This document shows positions 24,411 to 39,000 of a stretch of DNA of 64,000 bases, piece after piece. A model generated the notes under the pieces. It was given only the letters and a program-made list of their open reading frames with translations. It made no database searches and was not told where the DNA came from. Source of the DNA: a virus (taxonomy: Duplodnaviria; Heunggongvirae; Uroviricota; Caudoviricetes); IMG/VR virus record IMGVR_UViG_3300029906_000003, positions 64,001 through 128,000 of that record. One strand, given 5' to 3'. Within the stretch, counting starts at the first letter, position 1, and each line of letters opens with the position of its first letter. A program made the position numbers and the translations under genes.

Positions 24411-26333
24411 TTAACCGAATATGATAATTGGACAGACAGGATTGTCTCCTTCTTCATAACCCATAGTATAACGGCTACCGCCGCCATTTCTAATGCGCCA
24501 ACTAAGAGCGTCAGCTTGCAAACTAGACTCTTCTGCATTTATATCTGTTGTTATAGCTCCCTCTGTTGAGACAGTAGCTCCTGACGGAGTTTCCTTCTAT
24601 CCATACTCAGAGTTCGTCGATAATAATCTAAAATACGTATTCCAAATAGAATTTTTGTCTGTTCCTGTCGAATATCCATATACTAAAGAATTTGGTAGTC
24701 TTAAACTAGTGTTCGCCACTGACTAATAGGAAACTTGATTTAAGGTTCCTTCCCAATATGAATTGGAATAATATACGGGGACTGAATCTGTGTAAGTCAA
24801 TAAGTAATTTCCGCCTAGAGCAGTTGTTAATCTATTACGTATATATGGTAAGACTGTATTTACCATATAGTTATTATAATATCCTCGACCTCTTTGATAA
24901 TAGCTTCCCATCTAAACAATTTCGCCTTGAATATTCTGTGTATCGGACATTGGGCCTATGCCAATAATCGTGTCTGGCCATAGAACTAGATGGTTAGTCG
25001 TTATGCCAACGTTCTTATTCAACAAATAATTAATATCTACAACTCTTAAATTAGTTTGAACACTTAAATTCTTTGTTGTCATAGACCGATTATAAGAATC
25101 CCAATAACACCAGGGAAGAGTCACAGGAATATAATCTCCTATATAAATATCATGGAAGTCTTTTTCTCTAACGAATTGAGCTATTTCTTCTATTGATTCA
25201 AAATGAGAAGAATCTAATAAGTTTTCAAATCTTCTTTCTGATAAATGGGCACTTAATTCGCTATCTGTCATAGGAGTTATAACTTTACCTACTTTAATAG
25301 TATGAGTCTATAATTGTTTTGAGAAACCAGATATTCCTTCTGAAGTAACAGTCCACGTTATAATTAGATTACCAGATTCTTGAGGTAAAAACTTATATGT
25401 CCGAGTTCCAGTACTCTATTCATATTTAAATTCTAATGATGTATCAATACTAGTCGTATGTTGTATCTTTAATTCCCCATTGATAGACTCGGTTGCATTT
25501 GCTGGAATAACTGTAATTATACAAGTAATAGTGTCACCAATATCACATTCTGTAATATTATCTACAACTTCAAGAGTTACATCCTAAATTGCAATATAAG
25601 CCTCTTTAATGGTGCCTGTAAAAATTTTCGTAACATCAGACCCATCTAAAGCTGATAAAGTAATCTTTACTGCTCCAATTAAGCTACCAGGCATAATAAT
25701 TTTAATCTATTCAGGATTTGAATCATCTACACTAAAATCTTCTGGCAAAGTTCCTTCATAATTTCCTTCTTGAGAACTATATCCAAAATTATTTAAACTA
25801 TCTTCTCCTGTAAAATAGAAATCATAATCATAAGTTTTCCAAGTAGCAGTAGAAGGATTACATAAAAAAGTCATAGTAATTGGATTATCTGATTCAACTG
25901 TATTAAAAGAGCTAGAAGAAAATTCCATATCTTCACTCTATTGCTCTACAGTCCAAGAAAAAGAAGTAATTGGTTCAAAATCTTCGCCTTCTGAATTTGA
26001 TACCATAAGTTGAATAGTGTTTTGAATATTTGAGCCATCTGTAGTCGTACAAGTAATATAATATATACCTACATGGTCAGCTATTATGGTAACACGTTGG
26101 TGATTACGGTCTGTAGAGCTAATGTGTAAGCTGCCATCTATAGGTCTATATGACCATGACAATCTTTTGTTCAGCGCGTTATTTGGCATGACAGTTGCTT
26201 GAATAACAAATTCTTCGCCTTTAATTACCTTGTTCTAAGTTGGACTCTTGTTTAACAGTACCCAGTTTACTTTTATTACATCAGGACTCTGTATTTTTCT
26301 TATTGAAGGATAAATAGGATTGTATTGTCTCAT
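24411..26333 (-). CDS. Putative receptor-binding protein: Ig-like repeats and a DUF6273/CLec-like C-terminus
   Basis: ATVMPNNALNKRLSWS and TTTDGSNI (Ig-like); DIYIGDY, RVVDIN, PVCPIIIFG; four track fragments share a frame. Confidence 0.65.
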
Positions 26334-26463
26334 TCAGAATATTGTTCCCTCCTTTTATCCTTTTTGACTTAAAATTATTTATATTGCTTCTTTCCGCCAA
26401 TGAAGCCGCTTCTATCCGTTCATAAAGGTATTTATCATAAATTAAAGGATTAATAATTTTCAT
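26281..26463 (-). CDS. Small hypothetical protein
   Basis: GGAGGAG RBS before MKIINPLIYD; overlaps the next gene. Confidence 0.4.
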   Translation of the reverse strand: MKIINPLIYDKYLYERIEAASLAERSNINNFKSKRIKGGNNILNETIQSYLSFNKKNTES

Positions 26464-26464
26464 A

Positions 26465-28051
26465 TTATACTTCTCCTCCAAATACAATAAAAGGATAAAC
26501 TCCAAGAGGCATACTATAAACATTACTACTTGCTGCTTGGCTTGAATTTCCTTGCATTGAAATAAGTGGATAGCCGCTACTATTTACATCTCTTAACCAA
26601 TACCAAGAGTTAAAAAGTGTTTCACCAAGAATTTCTGATGGGATTCTTATTTCTTTCTAAAAAACTGGGTTTGCAGTAAAACCAGCAAATTTAGTCGTAA
26701 AGATATTGGTCATTGAATAACCGCTATTAGATTGAGATGAACCAAACATATTATCTTCAGTCATTAAATCTACTCCATAACGAGTATAGTTCTAAGAGTT
26801 TTGAACGCTAATTCTATCTTGATATTCGACTAAGTGATTATTAAAAACACTCTTTATTGAATTAACTAATTCATCATCAATATAGCCTCTTAAATATGTA
26901 TCGTTTGCCCAATCTTCCTAAAATGTTCTTGGCGAATTCATTAAGCATTTATCAGGGGCAAAAATTAAATTATATGATACGCCTAAAGAAGAAGTCTTAT
27001 AATTAATATCAATAACTCTGAAAGTCACATTACTTATTGCTATTGGAGTGGCGCTCCAGCGAGAAGAAGACTCCATAGTACATATATAGCCCTAAAAAGT
27101 ATCTACTGTAAAATAATCTCCAACCCAAGTATCTTCAAAGTCGCCATTAATAACGTGCTCATATAAATCATCAATAGAATCAAAGTGATTGTTTAAATCA
27201 TTTCCGCGCCATGTTGCTTTATGCCTGGCAATAGTCTCTGCGGTAGATTGCGTGAAAGAAGGCTCCAATGGAGTTGTCGAAACAGTCTTTGAAAAAGTCT
27301 ATTCTGTAGATAAACTATGGTCTACAATTATATAAATAGTTATACTCGTTAGACTCTCTAGTTCATCTTTAAGAAGAGTAGAAAACTAAAATGTCTCATT
27401 AAAAGTATCTGATAAAGAGCCTTGTATCTATTGACTTCCAGCAATAATGCGGTATTGAACAGTTTCGTACTGCGCATTAGAAGGAATTAAAGTAGCAGAA
27501 AACATCATCTAAGTATCAGTATTTAAGTCATATGATTCTTTGTCTGTTGAAATTATGACATTTTGTAAAGGAACTTCTTCAGGAATGTTGTAAGAAAGCT
27601 CATTCGAATAGAAAAAATCTATATCGGTTATTGCTTGCGCATCAGAAGGCTCGCATAATACACAAAAACGCAAATAATTATAATTTTCCATTGGAGAAGC
27701 CCATAAAGAATAATCAACCATATCATCAAAAGATATATATATTTCTTCAATACTATCTCCAGCCGTAACTGTTTGCTGAATTGCACTATCAGGAATTTCC
27801 TATACATATATCGTTTCATCATCCTGCCACTGAATATCTTCACTAGTCGTCCCAGTGCCAAAAGAGGCGCATAACAAAATAGTATATTCTTTAATTAATT
27901 CAAGATTAATCTATGAATAATCACATTTTAAAATAATGGACTCTCCATCACCATAAGTGCAAGACAAGGGACTGATAATTTCTAAAGAAGCTTTCCCCAA
28001 ACTTCCTCCTGATTGGTATGCTTTAAAAGACAATGGATTAGTTATAATCAT
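26465..28051 (-). CDS. Putative receptor-binding protein with a DUF6273/CLec-like C-terminus
   Basis: MIITNPLSF...HKATWRGNDL...WVGDYF...FRVIDIN...WYWLRD...GVYPFIVFG; open under code 15. Confidence 0.65.
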
Positions 28052-28054
28052 TTA

Positions 28055-28708
28055 TTAAGCCTCTTCTTTTGTATATAATTCCCATCCTGCTGGATAGGCT
28101 TCTGGCGCCCAAACATTTCCATCCATCTTAGAAATATATAACTGACCATTGTACTTTACAATATCTCCTGTATTATATGCATCATGTGCGCCCGTTGGCT
28201 GTACCCAATCAGGATATTCATCTTGTGCGGGCGGAGTCTCTTCTTCTCCTCCCCCTTCGCTTTCACCATTAACCTGCTTCCAACCAGCAGGATAAATATC
28301 TGGCGTCCAAACATTTCCATCAATTAAAGACTCATATAATGTTCCTTGATAATTAACAATGTCACCTTTCATATATGCGTCATGCGCCCCAGCAGGTTGT
28401 GACCAAATTACATATCCACTGTCATCTAAACCAAAAGCCTCATATAATGCGGGCAAAGCATCTGGGAGCCAGTCACTTTGAGAAGTATGTTCAGATACTA
28501 TTTTATAAAGCTAAGGGTCACCTAAAGAGTTAGTCCCATACGAAATAACTTGACCTGCCGCATAATGAACACCAGCTTGCCACTTAGGAAACGCAGTTGC
28601 CACAGAAACCATCTATTCCTCTGATAAAATGGTTGTTTGTGTATTTAACAATAGAAAAAGAGCTTGTCTAAACTGTTCTGCTAATATCTTTTTTTCATCT
28701 AAGGTCAT
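28055..28708 (-). CDS. Carbohydrate-binding (CBM5/12, ChiC-like) repeat protein
   Basis: Two copies of WxQPxGAHDAYxxGDIVxYxGxLYxSxxDGNVWxPxxYPAGW; N-terminal part joined across TAG. Confidence 0.75.
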
Positions 28709-29038
28709 TTATTCAGTCACCCCCAACAAAATATTCAATATCTCTGTATTTTCTTGAACGCGCGCGGCCTCGTCCTCTGGCGTATCGGGCTACTCTGGAA
28801 CGTCGCCGCCTTCGCTTTGTTCTTTCCAGGCTTCGTATGCTTCAATATTTGGTTCGTAGCTAATTACAGTATTCCGCATAACATTCAAATTAACGAAGCC
28901 ATTATATTCAAAAAATGTTTCTTTCTCTAAGCCTTCGGCCCATACATAATATCCCGTGGGTGTAAAAGGGCTATTCCAAGTCTACATTCCAGGATACGCG
29001 CCCGAAGGATTAGGCGTTGCACGAATAATTGTTTTCAT
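28709..29038 (-). CDS. Hypothetical protein, possible fibre chaperone
   Basis: GGAGG RBS; MKTIIRATPNPSGAYPG...ILNILLGVTE. Confidence 0.65.
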
Positions 29039-29052
29039 TTATTTTTTCCTCC

Positions 29053-30894
29053 TTAACCTATTACCGTATAATAATAAGTTTGCCCTGATGAATTAAATTG
29101 ATTTGATGCGGAACTTCCGTACCAAGTTATTCCAGAAGATGTTGCATTAATTGTTATACCATTTACAGAAGGACTTCCTGTCCATACTAAAGAAGAACTT
29201 CCTGTTGCATCTGTTATAGTAAACATCTTCGGTAAGAAACTTGTTGATATTGTGTTCGGATTATACTATCCGTATACTCCGCTCCCGCTATAACTGCCGC
29301 TTTCAATCTTAAGGCTTGCCGCCTCTGTTTCTTCTAATAGCGTATTAAAATCTTTGCCATCTCGTCCTATGACACACTGGCCTAGTGTGTAAGGCAAAAC
29401 TGCTTGGCCCGCACTGTTTTGAAGTTGTTCAATAATTCCACCTGCTGGCGCGCTTATTCCTTCTATATAAAAATCACTTGATTGTTCTGCCGTAGTATAT
29501 CCCTCCTTACTAGCTCTAATTAAAATATTATGCGTTGTTGCGCTCAATAATCTAGGATCAATGGGAACTGAAACGGATTCATCCTCTTCTAAATCACTTG
29601 CTTCATATATCTATTTATTATCTAAATATACAACTGCATTAATCTCATTCGTTGAAACGGGCTACCCAGTGATACCAATAGAAAAAGTATAATAGAATGG
29701 AGAAGTAAGCATCCCTAATGAATAAGCAGGTGCCGCGATAGTTAAAATTCCTTCATTAACTGTATAAGTATCTGAAACTGCATAAGGTCCCCACTCACCA
29801 TAATCATCTTTAGCGCGCACTCTATATGTAACAGTTCCCCAATCAACACCTATTTCATCAGTTATAGATAAAGTATTTGCGTCTGTTGTTTGAAGAACTG
29901 AATAAGCGCCGCCATCAATGCTTCTGCTCCATTCATAATTAACAACTTCTCCATTTGGGTCTGTTGCCGCGGTAATTGAGATAGTTGCAGTATTATTCGC
30001 AGTTGCGTTAGAAGCTGTTACACTGCCAGGCGCAGTAGGGGGGTCATTATTATTAACCGTAGTTGTATTAGAATAAACATAATTGTCTGAAGTATACCCC
30101 AAATTATCACTTACTATAGCTCTTGCCTGTACAGTTCCTATCCCTTTAGGGATAGAAATATTAAAAGAAAATTGATTAGATGTCTCATTCGCGAGAGTAG
30201 TCCATCCGCCTCCGTCTAAAGAATATTCAACTGTATAATATAACGTGCCATACCTATTATTTACTGCATCCTAAGTTCTTGTAAGAGTCAATGAAATTGT
30301 ATCTCCGCCTTCAGCAGTTGACGGCAAAGTTAAAGAAGGGTCTACTTCCTAAGCACTCTAAGTAAACCAATAATAGCGCCCATCATATCCAGTATCATAC
30401 TCATTAGAAGAAGCTGATGATGCATACCCTAAGAGTTCATCTGCAACAAGTTCAGAATCTACATTATATTTGTATATATTGTAATCGTCTCCGCTATTTT
30501 TACAAGTTAATTGTTTGGAACTTATCTTCCAAGTTGTATTTGTATATCTTCTTTTAAAATAAAATATAGCATTTGAAGATATATCAACAGAGCCTGTCCC
30601 TCCAGTAGAAGATGGAACTATAATATAATCTCCTATATAATCAGATTCACAAATTATACAATATGGATAATCATTTGTGTCTAAACTTCCTATTGAATTA
30701 TTCATATAATCAGTAGACATTACTCCACTATATTCCCACATTCCAGTATATCTATCTAATGTCATAGCACCTGCTAAACCAACTAATCTTACACTGTTAA
30801 AACTGCTGACACTATATGGAGTAGAAACTTCTGTAGTTGTACTAACAAATTCTGTAGTAGTAGACCAATAACTCCAAATATATCTTGTGCTCAT
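29053..30894 (-). CDS. Putative tail fibre with FN3-like domains
   Basis: NDPPTAPGSV, VTYRVRAKDDYG; three track fragments share a frame; ends YYYTVIG. Confidence 0.7.
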
Positions 30895-30905
30895 ATTATC
30901 TCACC

Positions 30906-31451
30906 TTAATTGTTATAGCCTATAACAGTAGCTTCATCTAAAACTCTTAGCTTTAAACCATATAAGGTATTAACTGCACGCTATTCTGTTCCCAAATTAG
31001 TATCCATTTCAATAAAACCCTAAGTAGCCAATTCTAAAGATGAAATACCTACAATAATTTTTCCTGCAACAATTTCTTTGACAACTAAATAATCTCCTGC
31101 TTGCCCAGAGCCTATATCTTCTGCGGAAGGACTTTCTAAAGCATTCACATCAGAAGCTGTTAATACTACCTGTCCAGTCTTTCCATTAACACTCTAAACA
31201 GATATAATATGATAACCACTGCCGTCCCATAAATACAAATAACCGTCTCTAATATAAATAATTCCGCTATCTCCTATTTCTGGAAATTCTTCACTACTTC
31301 CAACAATATAAACCGGAGATTTAATTTGCATATCAGATAGTCTAGTTCCATCTGACATAATAACTTGGTCATCTGTTGTCAAAGGATAAAAATATTGATT
31401 ACCTATATTCAAAGGAGTCTAAGGTTTTAAATAAGTATTTTCTTCTGGCAT
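30906..31451 (-). CDS. Putative fibre-associated protein
   Basis: GGAGG RBS; YPLTTDDQV, SVNGKTGQVVLTASDVNAL. Confidence 0.65.
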
Positions 31452-31951
31452 TAACTATCACCTCCTGCATATACTAACACGCCCTAAATCGTGAATGGAC
31501 TAGTCCATTCTTGAACCCCGTAAAATGAAATCAAATCAGTATTAGTCTCAAGATAATCCCAAGCTAAAGCCGCAGCTTCTTTATTTGCATCTGTTGCCGT
31601 TTCGTGCGACATCTAAATTCCCATCAAAGCATAATCAGAAGTTATTCCTTGGACAGACACGCTTGAATAATATAAATCATTACTATTCTAACCTACTGCC
31701 GCAGGTACTTCTAATTCAACAAATTTAGAATAAATTGAATTTATTGGTTCACCAGACACCGTATCTGCATCAACTAATGCAGCTTCCCCAAATCCTGAAC
31801 CTGAAAAATCTTGTGTCACTCTTGCATTAATTGCGTCTTCTGCATTTTCGCCATCTGCCATATCAACATTAATAGCATCCGCGCCAAGAGAAACGGGAGT
31901 ATCAAATTCTAAATCAGATATTTTAACTTTAAGTTTCTTTATTTTGCTCAT
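31451..31951 (-). CDS. Hypothetical tail-region protein
   Basis: MSKIKKLKVK...LGADAINV; continues past TAG 31688 to TAA 31451. Confidence 0.65.
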
Positions 31952-32259
31952 TGATAACAAACTCCTTCTTGAGTTTCTTGCATTTCTCCATGAGAATTCT
32001 TAATATATTCTGGAACTTCCATATTTGAATTATCTTGCATATAATCAGGCGCTACTAAATGAGCTTTACCATTTGAATTATTCTTCTTTGCAAATTCTTC
32101 AATTTGAAGTTCCCATTGATATTGTTCAGCTACAGTCTAATAACGACTATATATTCCTTCCATTATAATTTTTTGGAGCATAGGAGGAATATTTTGCATT
32201 TTTCTTTGTAACCACCAATATATATCATTTTGTAAATTATATATTTCCTTTTCTGTCAT
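31948..32259 (-). CDS. Hypothetical protein
   Basis: MTEKEIYNLQNDIYWW; fills the gap with one TAG and overlaps the next start. Confidence 0.6.
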
Positions 32260-32268
32260 TATCTTCCC

Positions 32269-35200
32269 TTAACTTTCTTCAGTTTCTTCTCCTGTCGGAG
32301 CATCAACTAAAATTCCGTTGTAAAATTGCATATTATAATAAACTTTATTTAAGGCAAATCCAACGGCGTGTTTAGTCTCCAAAGATAGAACCTAATATAA
32401 TCCTGTAATTCCTGGATAATAACTACTCCCTCCACTAGATACATATAAACTTCCTGGTTTAAAGCGAGTACTATTAGCTTGTAAATATAAAGTTCTTGAA
32501 GCTATTGTCATTGAAGAACCCCCAACATATGTTTCTGGATCTCCATATAACTCTAATCCATAGCTTCCTCCATAAATGTATCCTTTGCGAGTATTATTAT
32601 AATAAAAGTTTATTACTGATGACTAGTTGCCTGCTTCCAATTCAATTCTTCCACTTCGCTAAGAACCAGACTAAACAGTTATATTAGTAGCAGAAACTTC
32701 TCCTGAAGGAGTAATCTAAAAAGCACTCTATCCAGAGCCAGCACCGAGAGAAAAACCATCTGTTCCAAGATAAAATCCATTTGTATTAGCGGTAAGCTAG
32801 TTTTTGCTTCCACTATATAAATAGCTTCTTGTCCCACTTCCTCCAATGTGAATCTATTGGCTACCTTCACCTAAATTACCGACTTGCGCAGTTAGTACAC
32901 CATCTTCATCTACATGAAAATTTCCATTCCCATAAATAATTTCTGGCGTAGTTAAATCAATAGCCATCCCAGATGAACCTTGTTGATAATTTCCGCTTCT
33001 TATCAATGCGCGGCCATCACTCGGGTCAATCACAATCTAGCCCTAATTGCGGACACCGAACTCCGCAGTACCAGTCTCCGCGTCCAAAAATATTGACCTT
33101 TGACCCCGATTGTACCCCATGAGTCCAACTTCTGACGTTAAACCGCTGCCGCTTCTAACTTCACCCATGACCAAACCAGTGAAGCTATTATCATCTTCTT
33201 TGCGGCCAGCCCCTATTTGCGGACTTAGTATAAATCCGCCTTCGGTACTAGTCTGGATAGTATTTCCATCCCAACCATTTAAGGATGCCAGCCCGTGCCT
33301 ATTAATACCAAAATAAATAGGGATTAAAACTCTTCCAATCTCATTCCCACTCAAGAAGACAATACATTCAACTGCTACATTGACACATAGTCCGTCATAA
33401 CTCTATGCAGGTTTAAATAAAGCCTCGTTCTTAGCTAAAGTATCATCTGTAACTCTAGTTAATAAATTAACATTCTGCCAAGTACTATTCTAATAAATAG
33501 CTCCTTTTATATTCCAGTTATAAGTAATATTGTTATTTAAACTAACATCAGTATCATTCAAAGTAACAATTATTCTAAAAGGATTATTATTATCATACTA
33601 AGGCCGCTATCCATCATTTGAATAAGTTACATAATTAAATCCACTATTCTTAGCTACAGTTATATTATAACTAGAATTTCTCATATTTTCAAGAACTACT
33701 GGCATATAAGCACAATAATTTACATCTTGATAAGTAACATTTACTTTTATAATATTTGCCGCATTAGTTTGATTCTATTGATAAGTCTAACAAGTAACTA
33801 AACCAGTATTATTAACAATAGACAAATTAGAATAATCACTTGTTGAATAATCATATTTATTAGTTAAAATACTCCATTCAACTGCGAATGTGCTATTTCC
33901 TCTCACACTGTCGAAAATTAATTCTCCATTTTCCCACAACTAAGCTCGAACCCATTGCTAACTAGCTCCTGCTGGTGTAAAATTTAACCTGCCTTGAGTT
34001 GTATTGTAAATAATTCTATCAGGCATTTCAACACCACTTGCAACATTAGGTACTATTTTACAAACATAACTAGTTCCATTCGTTCCAGGGTCGCCGTCTT
34101 TAAGGAATACAAAGTTCGTAGTTGCGGTCACAGTTGAACCGCCATAAGTAACAGAAACACTAATCTAATTATCAGTTTTTGTATAGCTATATGAGGAAGC
34201 GATGTCATAATAAAGTTCTGCGGCAGTCAAATCAGCTCCTTGTACAACAAGCAAAGTGTTGCTTTCTGGAATTTCCCATCGTATCTCCGCTTTTTCTAAC
34301 TCTACATCGTTTCCATCCATCAAGAGTCTCAAACCAAGAGGCTATAAGACTAAAGGCACTTCATTAGCCTGGCTAGTAGGACTGACTCCATTCTCATCAT
34401 ATTTAAATACCTAAGTACCATTAACAATAGATAAAGATAAAAAGGTATCTTCTTCCTCGGAAGTTTCAGATAAAGTAATTGAAGCGGTCCCAATACTTAC
34501 GCTGCCATTGCGGACTCCACATTTTATTTCAGTATAAGTGCGCGAAAGCTCACCTATGTTTACAGTATACGCGTTCCCGCTTACATCAGTGACGGCCGCG
34601 CCATCCTATAACCAAGTATAAGTATACCCAGGCTATTCCTCTCCATTTATATAACAAGTAACTACGGGATTTTCTCCGCCATATACGAAAGAAGTGCCAG
34701 TACTAGATACTAAAGTCACATTAGCTCTCTAATAATTCTTGATTTCTATTGTTTTAGAAATTATATTACCAGCATAAACTGCTACGCACTTAAAAATATT
34801 AACCTAAGCAATAGCATCAGTAAATTTAATTTCATAGTTGCTATTGCCTTTTGCCCAAGCATCTCCATTCTTTTCATTTAAGCACTTCCAACCTAGCCCG
34901 CCATAAGTCGAATAATATGCACTTGTAAGATTCACATTTGCGTCTTCAACAAACCAATAGAACTCAATACTAGCATCATCAATATCCATGCCCCTATACT
35001 TTAACTGCGCGGCAATGGGTAATGTATCGGACTCAGTATTAGCGTTTGTAAATACGGACCCCATTGAAGTGGTAAGACTAATCCCATAGCCTGTAAGTTC
35101 ATTAGAATCCATTTTTGACGCGCTCTATAGAATAATATTCGAGATATAAATATCAGTGATATTTTTAGTTTCGTCCTATATTGGGAAATTGCGTACAAAT

Positions 35201-35931
35201 GCAGTAATAGAATTAACTCTTACAAATTCTTCATTCCGTATATCAAAAAATGCTTGTTGCCGCGTGGGCTGTAAAAACCGATAAGGATTGCCAGTCATAT
35301 TATTTACATTTATTGTATAATATCTAGTAACTTCCTATTCGCTTCCCGCAGCAAGAAAATCAAGAGCAAAGGTAATTCCATAGTCACCTTGGCTTTGCTG
35401 TTCCGCGGCCAATGTTGTTTGAAAGTCTGCGGCAATGTAGATACTCGAATGTTCACTTATATACTCACGAATAGCATCTAAATCTAATTGAATTACATTA
35501 TCCGCGGCCACGCCGTTGTATGCATACAAGGTACGAGTCTCCGTATGGTAGGAATTGAAGGCCGCGCTGCCTGATACAACGCAATTAGTCCCAAAAAAAT
35601 TGTAGGTTGAATCTTCTGAAACAGAATTTACATAAGTCTCTGCGTTTTTGTCTACTGCTCCTAAAATAGTTTTTTTATTCTCTAAGTTATTGTTAGGAAC
35701 ATGAACATAAACTAAAGTATCTTTCTTATAAATAACATCTTTATCTCCTGAATAAGCTGTTAAAGTATTGTCTTGATACTTTATCTTATACTCGCCAGTC
35801 AAAGCATCTGTGCAAGATATAATAGTTGCTTTAATCGTATTATCTGTCTAATTCTTTTGAATAGAAGCATCAATTAAAACCTATATAGCATCACAAATAT
35901 TATTTTCTATTTCATTAGTCAATTCAATCAT
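32269..35931 (-). CDS. Large tail protein following the tape measure
   Basis: Fragments 35335-35802, 34804-35112 and 33043-33354 share a frame; GWDGN, PQIGAG, IFLDAETG; 1220 aa under code 15. Confidence 0.75.
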
Positions 35932-36001
35932 CTCCTTTAATCTCTTAAATCATATATTTTATATGCAAGAATTGCTAATAGTATTATATAAAAATGACCA
36001 T

Positions 36002-36029
36002 AAAAAGAGCCGAGACAGTTGTCTCGGCC
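36002..36029 (-). terminator. Terminator after the tape measure gene
   Basis: GCCGAGACA / TGTCTCGGC stem with a U-run on the minus strand. Confidence 0.7.
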
Positions 36030-36034
36030 CCTCC

Positions 36035-39000
36035 TTAAATTCGCGTATCCATCGCTCTCTATGCAGCTATATTAACTAAATTGCTAAAGGCTTGTTGTAT
36101 TTCGTCTCTGCTCGTTACATTAGGGAAGTTAGCTTCAATATGCACAGTCTGCTCAATCTCCTGCGCAGACGGACTCAATTCTGTATCCGCAGGACGACTG
36201 GCCGCAATCATATCTTCTAGTCTATTGTTTAAATTATTCTGAATAGCATCTGCAATCTAACGAGGTAAATCGCTATTTATATCATTCATCTCTCTTGTCT
36301 AATCAACAGCCTAAAGAATATTAGAAGTATCTTCTTGATTTAATACTAATTCTTTCTCATGCAGGACAGCAATCTTCCCCGTCTTACTATTCCACGCGCC
36401 AGTATAGCCACCAGTATCAAAGAATGTGTCTATTATTCCACCTAATAGACCTCCTCCTACTGCGCCAATAATTGCACCCACAGGGCCACCCAAGATGCCT
36501 CCCGCGATGGCGCCCGCACCAGCACCACCTACAATACCTAATCCAATGTCATTTTTTTCAGTGTCATCTGTAGGAACGTTTGAAGCAGCTTGTAATTCTA
36601 AACTTAATTGAATCTACTCATAAATAGCTTGGTTCTATGCTTCCAAAGTAGCCAAATACTATTGAGCCTATTGGTTAACAGAAATTAGCTAATCAGCCAT
36701 TTCATCATAAGTATCAATAACTTCTTCATTCGCACCAATTGTATCTGTTATAGTAACTAAGATATTATCAATAGACTCCTAAAAATCTGTGAAATCTAAT
36801 CCATCTATATCAGCTTTAGTCTACTCTAAAGATTCATTATAAGCGTCTTGAGCTTCCTTAATCTATTCTAACGCTTCATTTGCAATTACTTGGAATCCAC
36901 CTTCACCTGCGATAGCATCTGCCATTTGTTGCAATCCACTGTCCCAAGTCTCAACTAAATTACTCATAAACGCGTTCTTCTCATCTTCTGTCATTTGAAT
37001 AAACTGCTCTTTATTCATATTATACAATTCACTATATGCGGCAAAAGCAGAAGATGTTAAATTATTACGAATTGCTTCATTGTCTCCAACAAGCATATTT
37101 AATTGATTTTGATATTCTTCATTAAGCATAGACATATATTGGAGTCTTTGTTCTTCTGTTAATGTATTATCCATAGCAATCTATTTCATTTGCTCATTGT
37201 AATTCTAATACATATTAAATATATCTTGTAGATTTTGGTTATAATTATCTTTATCGAAGTTGTACAATTCGTTTTCGGCTGCGGCCAGCTCGTCCTCTGC
37301 AGACGATACTGCGTCTTCGTCGGCAACATACTCATATGAGTAATTACCGTTTGCGTCACGTCGTAGTCGCATAGTCGTTTGATTCTATTGAGCATTTTGT
37401 AAAGCTAACCGCTTTAACTCAATATCTAACAATTTTTCAGCCCGCTCAACATCATATTCGGTTAAATTCTCTTTATTTTCAAGATAAGCTAATTGCTCGT
37501 CCATTACGTCTCTTATCTATTCTTGCGCTTCTAAATTACCATCATTATCATTTATAGCATCTTGAACTTTAGATTGTAGCTAAGTAATTTCATAAGCTCT
37601 ATTAATATCATCTAAATATCTATCCGCGCGCTCATTGATTAAATCCCACTAATCTTCCATGTAATCTAATCCCATGCCGCCAGTTAATTTATCAGTCATT
37701 TCAGCGAAGATAGATTCAACTGTGTTCTAGTATTTATCTATGATATTTTGAATAGCATCTTCAAGAGCCTGATTTAATTGTTCTTGCGCATCTTGTTGCG
37801 CTTCAACTACTTTGTCCCAAGCCTCGCCGCTTGTTTCGCCAGACTCAACCATTTTCTACTTTATTGCGTCCCATTCAGCAACGGCCGCGGTCAAATATTG
37901 TAATCTTCCGCTATTAGTTTTTTCTTCAAGGTCATAAAAAGCATCTAATTCTTCATAAGCGTCATCGCCATACAGCATAGAAATTAAATTGCGATTATGC
38001 TCAATTTCATTAGTAATTCTTTCATACTCATCAACTTGTTCTTGTAAGCCATCTCTAATTTCATCCCATCCGCTTAAATAGGCTTCATTAATTTCGTCTT
38101 CAAGCTCTGCAACATCAGTCATAGCCTCCATTAATTGAGTAGTATAATTCTCCATATCTTCAAGAGCATCTGCTAAATGGTCGCCATAGATTTCTGACTT
38201 CTCGCCAGCATTCATCTTATTGACTTCTTCTATAACAGTTGCAAGATACCCGCTCAATACACCTACTAGACTATTAGCATTGCTAATCGAACTTGAATCA
38301 AAAGAAGAAGACATACTAAAATCAAGCCCATTATAATATTGTTGAATTTCACGGAGACTTGCTTCAATCTAGCTAATGAAATCATTATCTGCAATATCAT
38401 CAATGACATTGCGTCTAAATTCATTCCATTGCTTTTGTAAATCATACAAATCTAAAGTGACTTCAACGGGGACGTTAAATCTTTCAATTTGTAATTGAAT
38501 CTATTCTTCTTGAATCTCTCTCCATTTATTAAATAGATTCCGAATAGTTTCAATAATATTGGTAATTAGACTAAGAGCTGCCATAACTAGCTAAATAACG
38601 CCCAAAGGATTTCCAGAAGCAGTTCCAATAATACCAGAAATCAAATTGCCTATAGTTCCTGCCTAGTCGCCTTGAGTTGATGAATTATATACTTGCATTA
38701 ATTCTCCAACTTTTGTAGCAATATAACCTATATCAGTTCCAGCTTCTTCTAGCTTGCTGACATCAATACCTTCAATACCATAATCAGATTCAAGAATGTC
38801 ATTGTATTTAGACAGTTCTTTCAAACCGCTTACTATTCCATCATAGTTCTTTTTAACATCTCTTAAATCTAACGCGGCAGAACCTAAATCTTTAATTCCA
38901 TCAACTAAAAGAGTTAATTTCTTCAAATCCAGAGTCTCAATTTGGCTAGAAAGATTTGCAATTAAACTGTCTCCAACTAAATGTTCTTGCTCATCAGAGA

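Noticed and set aside
24411..26650. Diversity-generating retroelement
   Set aside because: No reverse transcriptase and no near-identical TR/VR pair seen in the window.
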